The position numbers were made by a program, and so were the translations under genes. A model generated the notes under the pieces. It made no database searches. It worked only from the letters and a program-made list of their open reading frames with translations, and was not told the DNA's origin. Below, one piece after another: positions 21,948 through 27,517 of a stretch of DNA of 27,517 bases. The stretch's first letter is position 1, and every line of letters begins with the position of its first letter. This stretch comes from a virus (taxonomy: Duplodnaviria > Caudoviricetes): positions 1 to 27,517 of IMG/VR virus record IMGVR_UViG_3300026197_000009. One strand, written 5' to 3'.

Positions 21948-22238
21948 ATGGCTATATATAAATACACAAGACCAGAAATAAATGAAAACTATTACGCAGA
22001 TCCAGAGGTAAACTATGGTGATACTACTATAGAACAAACAGCATTTAATAAAGATCAAGACTATATTTGCTATGTTAATTGAGACACTAGTGTATTGCCA
22101 GACAACTTTAATTTTGTATCTATGACTGATACAGAAGCAATAGAATGGTGTAATACAAACATAGAACATAACGAGGGAGAAGAGTTTACCATACAAGACG
22201 GTAGAATCCAAGATAACAGAGTTTTAGAAATAATTTAA
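21948..22238 (+). CDS. Hypothetical tail-associated protein (possible chaperone), 96 aa
   Basis: Open with one TGA; follows the fibre gene. Confidence 0.7.
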
Positions 22239-22244
22239 TAAACT

Positions 22245-22919
22245 ATGGCTTTAAAAGACAATATAGTATGATACTGGAAGGCTGACACCAATGGGAGCTT
22301 TCCTGATAGTGTAGGTTCTAATAATGGTACAATAAATGGGGCAACATATACAGCTAGTGGTAAGATAAATTGAGCTTATTCCTTTGATTGAACTAATGAT
22401 AAAATCACAATTAATACTTCTTTCCCGTCTGAATGATGAATATCCTTCTGGTTTACTGCTGATGTTTTTGGTACTGGTTGATATGCAAGTACTAATACAA
22501 ATAATAATACATTATTACATGATACCACTGCAGGTTATCTTTGGATAAGTAGTGGTTTATCTTGAGAAATATCAGTTAATCTCTACGATACAGAGTTTAA
22601 AATAACAACTATTACCTCATTATCGGTTGATACTTGGTATCATTTAGTAGCGACTTGGGATACTTCAAACTATTATGTATATTTAAATGGGTCTTTAGAA
22701 TGAAGTTGAGTATTTTCTGGATTGTCAGCATTATCAGATTGAGTTGTTATAGGGAGTACATATGAAAACAATAGATATTGGGATTGAAATTTTGATGAAT
22801 TTGGAATATTTGACAGCTTATTATCACAAACAGACGTTACAAATCTATATAATGGGTGAGCTGGTAATCAATATCCATTTATTGAAGGTAATCCAATATT
22901 CTTCGGTGCTAATTTTTAA
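22245..22919 (+). CDS. LamG/concanavalin A-like domain protein, 224 aa
   Basis: IVGYWK.D, GKINGAYSFDGTND, TWYHLVATWD...YLNG, YWDGNFDEFGIF...LYNGGAG. Confidence 0.88.
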
Positions 22920-22936
22920 TCTTAACTAATATACTA

Positions 22937-22966
22937 ATGTGATGTAAATGAGGGAAAAGAAAATAG
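22937..22966 (+). CDS. Basic micropeptide MGCKGGKRK
   Basis: ATG TGA TGT AAA TGA GGG AAA AGA AAA TAG with TTTA at -22. Confidence 0.4.
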
Positions 22967-23008
22967 ATTAAAACAACATAAACCTTTTATATAATATATT
23001 TTAAAAAG

Positions 23009-24067
23009 ATGAAAAATCAATTATCTTTATACGGGATAAATTCTGACACTTATGTTGGAAAACCTACTAATGGAGATTTTATTACAGCATATCATTCTCA
23101 AAATGCTATTGCTATATCAAGTCTTCCAGACGAAATATCTGCAATGAAAAACTATGATATTGCAGGTATAGAAGTATACGACGCAGAAGGAAATCTGAGG
23201 TCGGTATTCACAAGAAATGGACACGCTATTTCTGTAACAAACGGAAAAATTCAGATTAAAGGGTTAACACCTGCAGAAGTTGAAAGAGGCTTCGAATCTG
23301 ATGACAATTTTATTGTATACACAAACATTCCTAGAGAAGCTAGTGGATCAAGTTCAAGTACATCTACATCAAGTGGTGTATCAGGAGCAGGTATAACTGT
23401 TGGAGTAGAGGATTGAGGATATACCTTCGATGCTTCTGCACAGACTGTAGAAATTACAGGACTAGGAACTATCAAACAAGAACAGATAGGTGTGATTGTG
23501 AATATTACTGATTGAGAGGTGATATATTCTCCTACTGTTTCTAACAAAGGAGGTACGCTATCAGGGAATGTTTTGACCCTAGACTATGATACAACAAGTA
23601 TGTCTGATGACGATTTGATAGGTATTAGTCTATCATACGATGTAGTAACTGACTACGATGTACAAGCAGAAAGAAATATTGAAATCAATCCTGAATACGC
23701 ACAAAGGACAGATTTCCTTCCTCTAGTAACTGCACAAGATTTAACTACTTCTTATGCTGATTTTGGTGATGTGATTGATGCAAGAGAAAAGAAATCATTA
23801 CTCTTGAAAGTAGGATATGACGTCAATGATTCTTGACCTGTAAAACTTAAAGTTCTTGGGCTTAAAACAGCTGACGACTCTAGTCCTGCAGACCTTAGTA
23901 GTTATGTCTCTGAGGTTACAGTATTCGATTCTGGGGATGATGATTGATTCAAAGGATATATAGTAAATACTGAATGACGACCATACCTACAAATACAAGC
24001 AAAAGATGAAGCAACTGGACAAGCAACTTTCGGTGACTTAACAATAGACTATTCTTTAGTATACTAA
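23009..24067 (+). CDS. Virion structural protein (multi-domain, beta-rich), 352 aa
   Basis: Joins track fragments 23009 and 23519; S/T/G linker; stop TAA 24065-24067. Confidence 0.75.
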
Positions 24068-24096
24068 TACTTGTAATACAGTATTAGTACCTTTTT
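24062..24096 (+). terminator. Possible hairpin/terminator
   Basis: TACTAATACT/AGTATTAGTA inverted repeat followed by CCTTTTT. Confidence 0.45.
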
Positions 24097-24118
24097 ACTG
24101 ATGTAAACAAAACAACTA

Positions 24119-24682
24119 ATGGTATTTTGATTTAGTCCATATACTGTTGCAGACGCTAATAGTGCAGACAACAAAACAATTAGAGACGCTATAGGGAATA
24201 AAGAAGATTGGGTAAGTGTACCATATAATCAAGGGATTAATTCTCTAATGGCACATATGAATACAGCTTATTACCACGTTCATGGTAAGCCTTTTTGTTA
24301 TCCAACAACAGCAGTAAGTGTTACTGTAACTTCATGAGCTGGTGCTTGGGGAACATGAGGGTCAATCACAGAAGTAATACCAGCAGATACGCTTACTGAT
24401 GCAGCTTTTGATTTGCATTGGATAAACTTAATTAATGGAGATGATGACGGAGAGTATTATATAGAAATATATGCTGGTGAGTCAGGTAGTGAGGAATTGA
24501 TAGGTTGCACAAGATATTGGCAAGATAGCTCTTTCTTTGGTGGTATTACTGGTAATACTACAAAAAGAATACAAATACCTCAACAACCTTCAGGAACAAG
24601 AATAAGTTGTAAAATATATTCAGAAGCAGCTGATGCTTCTAATATTGATATTAGTTTTGAATGACATTATTATACTTCTTAA
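24119..24682 (+). CDS. Virion structural protein (beta-sandwich-like), 187 aa
   Basis: Open with TGA=Gly; includes track fragment 24413..24664. Confidence 0.75.
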
Positions 24683-24706
24683 TTTTAATTTATTATACTT
24701 AAACAA

Positions 24707-25036
24707 ATGTTAAATTTTGAACCAAAACCAACAACAAGTACAGCTCCATTGACTGTGGAACTAGGTACTGCAATCTATAATCTTATAAAACAAGAGGGGA
24801 CAGCACTAAAAGCTATACAAGCTTCTATATATGACCCTGAAAATATATTAAGAATAGAAAAAGAAGTAGAAAGAATTGTAAAACTTATAGACAAAAAAGA
24901 GGTAGTAACTCCTGCTGAATTAGACGAACAAGGGAATGTAGTAACAGAGGAAGTGAAAGACTATGTAGAGCTTACAAGCGACATTATAGATGTTGATGTA
25001 GTGCTAGCAGATTTCCCTAGAACTGTAGAAGAATAA
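24707..25036 (+). CDS. Hypothetical protein, 109 aa
   Basis: Intact ORF; VTPAELDEQGNVVTE motif seen in tail-associated proteins. Confidence 0.75.
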   Translation: MLNFEPKPTTSTAPLTVELGTAIYNLIKQEGTALKAIQASIYDPENILRIEKEVERIVKLIDKKEVVTPAELDEQGNVVTEEVKDYVELTSDIIDVDVVLADFPRTVEE

Positions 25037-25060
25037 TTTACTTATAACCCATAAAAAATT

Positions 25061-26674
25061 ATGGAAAAAATAATAACTAAACCACAAGCAATATTTCGTG
25101 AGGACTTTCGTAGTAGAGCGAATGTTATCCGTAACGGTGGAACACCTAACAATGTAACCTTTGAGGATGGCAAGGCTGTTTTTGATGATACCATAGGTAA
25201 TAATATTAACTATGGTTGTTATAAATATTTAGCTACCAAAGGAAAATTCAGTATTAGAGCAAGGTTCAAGTTTACCACTCTTAACCAAGGTAATGTCGTT
25301 CGTATTGATAATTTCGGTATAATAAGAGTTATTGATGGTAAGATATTCACTTGGGGTCAAGGTATTAGTAGTAGTTTTTCAACTGGTGGTACTTACAATG
25401 ATGGTCAATATAAAGATGTTATAGTCACTGTTGATGTAGATTATGGTGTTAGAATTTTCGTTGATGGTGAGTTTGTTAAGGAAAATCTTGGTACTGGAGA
25501 TTTAACTATTATAGATGGTCTTTTATATGTAGGCTCTTTAAGTACTGGTAGTGAACCTTTTGATGGAACTATTGATTTCGTTGAAATCTACAACCGCACT
25601 CTATCCGCTGAAGAGGTTTCTCTTCTTAATAGTGGTTCTTACTCTCAAGGTTTGAGTTCTAGTGTTAAGGAGCAGCTTGGTGATGAGTTAGTTGTTAATG
25701 GTACTTTCGATACTGATAGTGATTGGACTGTAGGGTCTAATTGGTCTATCGAGAATGGTAAGGCTGTCGCTTCTGGCGTTTCCGGTGATGCTATAAAACA
25801 ATCCATTAATACAAGTTTGGGAATAAAATATCGTATTACTGTTGATGTTACTATTGAAAGTGGTAGCATTAGCGGTTATCTTGGTTCTAATGGCGGTATC
25901 GACCGTTTCATGGATATAAGTTCATCAGGTTCTTATCAATTTGAACATAATATATCTGTTAATAATAACCAGATTTTCATTTATGGGTTTGATGGGTTTG
26001 TAGGTAGTGTTGATAATATATCAGTAAAAGAAGTTTTTAACACTGATACTACTACACTCCTCGACTACCAAAGTATTAATGGAGTTATTGAGGATAAGAG
26101 TGGGTTGAATACACTAACACCTACTGATGTTTCAGTTAAAAAGAACGGTGCTTTATGGAGTGGAGAGTTTAACGGTTCATCTAGTAAGATTGATTGTGGC
26201 TCTGACTTTATTGGAACAAAAGCAATCACTATTATGGGTTGGATTAATCCTTATAGTTTTGGTGAAAATAATTTTGGTTCTATAATCCATAATTGTGCTT
26301 ATAATGGGGATAGTTTGAAGATTAGGATGTACGATGATAATAAAATGCAATTAACTTCTGATAGTGTTTCTTATGCACTATCTGGTAATGACAGTATAGA
26401 AATTAATAAATTGAAGTTTATAAGTATTACTCGTGATGAAAGTGGTGTAGTTAATTTCTATTTCGGTGATAAGGAGAACGCTCCTGAATTAACAGGAGAT
26501 GCTAACCAAGATAGTGGAACACCTACTGCTGGTGAAGAAAATGTTATTATAGGTAACGATACAACAATTATAAGAACCTTCGACGGTCAAATACCTATAC
26601 TCACAGTCAAGGAAGGAATTTTATCACTAGAACAGATAACCCAAGAACGAAGCAATACAAGGTGGAAAGTATAA
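25061..26674 (+). CDS. LamG + carbohydrate-binding-like + LamG receptor-binding protein, 537 aa
   Basis: FDGTIDFVEIYNRTLSAEEV; GDELVVNGTFDTDSDW...GSVDNISVKEV; second LamG FNGSSSKI...RTFDGQI. Confidence 0.85.
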   Translation: MEKIITKPQAIFREDFRSRANVIRNGGTPNNVTFEDGKAVFDDTIGNNINYGCYKYLATKGKFSIRARFKFTTLNQGNVVRIDNFGIIRVIDGKIFTWGQGISSSFSTGGTYNDGQYKDVIVTVDVDYGVRIFVDGEFVKENLGTGDLTIIDGLLYVGSLSTGSEPFDGTIDFVEIYNRTLSAEEVSLLNSGSYSQGLSSSVKEQLGDELVVNGTFDTDSDWTVGSNWSIENGKAVASGVSGDAIKQSINTSLGIKYRITVDVTIESGSISGYLGSNGGIDRFMDISSSGSYQFEHNISVNNNQIFIYGFDGFVGSVDNISVKEVFNTDTTTLLDYQSINGVIEDKSGLNTLTPTDVSVKKNGALWSGEFNGSSSKIDCGSDFIGTKAITIMGWINPYSFGENNFGSIIHNCAYNGDSLKIRMYDDNKMQLTSDSVSYALSGNDSIEINKLKFISITRDESGVVNFYFGDKENAPELTGDANQDSGTPTAGEENVIIGNDTTIIRTFDGQIPILTVKEGILSLEQITQERSNTRWKV

Positions 26675-26695
26675 TTTATTTATAAATACATATAG

Positions 26696-27517
26696 ATGAA
26701 AAAAATATTCAGTTTCAATAACAAAAGAAACGGCTCCTACATCGACTCAATGAGCGGTGTGCAAGGCGTTAACACTAACGGTGAATTCAAACAAACTATT
26801 AAAGGATTGGCTTATAAATTAGATACTTCAACATCGTTATCTTTCACCGTTGATAGTTTTGATGCTGTTAATCTTATAACAATGGCTGGTGGTAACGGTA
26901 CATTAAGAGTTGCTATTGGTTCTACAAACACAGATATTGTTCTTACTGGATGGTCTTTCGATAAAACTATTCTATCATTAACAGATGAAACTACTGTTAC
27001 ATTTTCTTGTACTTCAGGGACTGTTTACTTATCACGTTGTCTTATTTTTGATGAGAGTATTTCTACAGATGAAGAAAATGATTTAGAAAAACAATTCCTT
27101 AGAGCAAGTCCTATCACTCGTGGTAACGCAGGGACTAAGTATGCTAATCCTGCTAGTATGATTACTAACCTTGAGCGTGAGAAAGAAGCTTATTTAAAAG
27201 ATATTACTTATAACGATTTTAAAAACAGTGATAGCTTTCCATATACAACATTTACAGGAGACGGTACTAACGGGTTTAGTGTTTCAAGTGAGGTTAGTGA
27301 TATTTACATTGCTGGACTTGAAAATCTTAACCTTGTCGAGGGTGAGAAATATCATGTCACTTATAACGCTAGTTTAAACTGTTGTGAACCTCCAATCGCT
27401 AGATTTCAGGACGGTGTCGCTGGTAATTTTGCAAGTGATAACGATGATTACCATTCTGTAGAAGGGTTTAACGATGTCACTTATACAATAACAAGAACTA
27501 CAGGTGCTGATGGTGTT
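26696..27517 (+). CDS. Lectin/LamG-like virion protein, truncated at the right edge (274 codons in window)
   Basis: ATG 26696, open to the window end with no TGA; beta-rich; LVEGEKYHVTY CBM-like segment. Confidence 0.7.
   Translation, partial: MKKIFSFNNKRNGSYIDSMSGVQGVNTNGEFKQTIKGLAYKLDTSTSLSFTVDSFDAVNLITMAGGNGTLRVAIGSTNTDIVLTGWSFDKTILSLTDETTVTFSCTSGTVYLSRCLIFDESISTDEENDLEKQFLRASPITRGNAGTKYANPASMITNLEREKEAYLKDITYNDFKNSDSFPYTTFTGDGTNGFSVSSEVSDIYIAGLENLNLVEGEKYHVTYNASLNCCEPPIARFQDGVAGNFASDNDDYHSVEGFNDVTYTITRTTGADGV

Larger units (their letters stand above)
1..27517. mobile_element. Tailed phage (podovirus-like) genome segment using TGA=Gly and CGA=Trp; probable Absconditabacteria (CPR) host
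   Basis: Order terS-terL-portal-scaffold-cement-MCP-adaptor-nozzle-ejection-fibre; no tape measure, tube or sheath gene seen; ORFs become continuous only when TGA is read through. Confidence 0.93.

Noticed and set aside
4000-22919. TGA=Trp (table 4) or selenocysteine
   Set aside because: TGA sits in Gly motifs (GRP, GGT, GENL, NGQTG, FDG), occurs in runs and is far too frequent
4000-24682. Decayed prophage with many pseudogenes
   Set aside because: Interruptions are exclusively TGA, with no frameshifts or internal TAA/TAG in the frames read, and motifs are intact
1965-25869. Minus-strand track ORFs in the rightward arm (e.g. 1965-2426, 3996-4601, 7548-7838, 9852-10130, 17639-17968, 19818-20225, 21584-21814) and plus-strand 85-267 and 658-906
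   Set aside because: Antisense shadows of the real recoded genes; S/L/F-rich with no recognisable motifs
19171-27517. Diversity-generating retroelement targeting the adhesins
   Set aside because: No reverse transcriptase and no TR/VR repeat pair seen in this window

Overview
AT-rich fragment of a tailed dsDNA phage or prophage with a P22/podovirus-like layout and a doubly recoded genetic code. In-frame TGA reads as Gly (as in translation table 25) and CGA reads as Trp, the combination reported for Absconditabacteria (SR1, CPR). The supplied standard-code ORF track is therefore mostly gene fragments and antisense shadows. Retranslated by hand, the window is gene-dense. Positions 1-1607 hold a leftward cluster of small genes, followed by a divergent promoter region. 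The rightward arm carries terS, a structured non-coding spacer, three inserted small genes (one a secreted CAP-domain protein), terL, portal, scaffold, a cement-like protein with an inserted domain, major capsid protein, adaptor, nozzle, two ejection-type proteins, and an array of tailspike/fibre/LamG receptor-binding genes running off the right end. Essentially every gene lacks a Shine-Dalgarno site and has a TTTA motif 20-26 nt upstream of its ATG. TGA-Gly is strongly avoided in the capsid genes and absent from the last ~2.8 kb. All product calls rest on motif recognition and synteny, not database searches.
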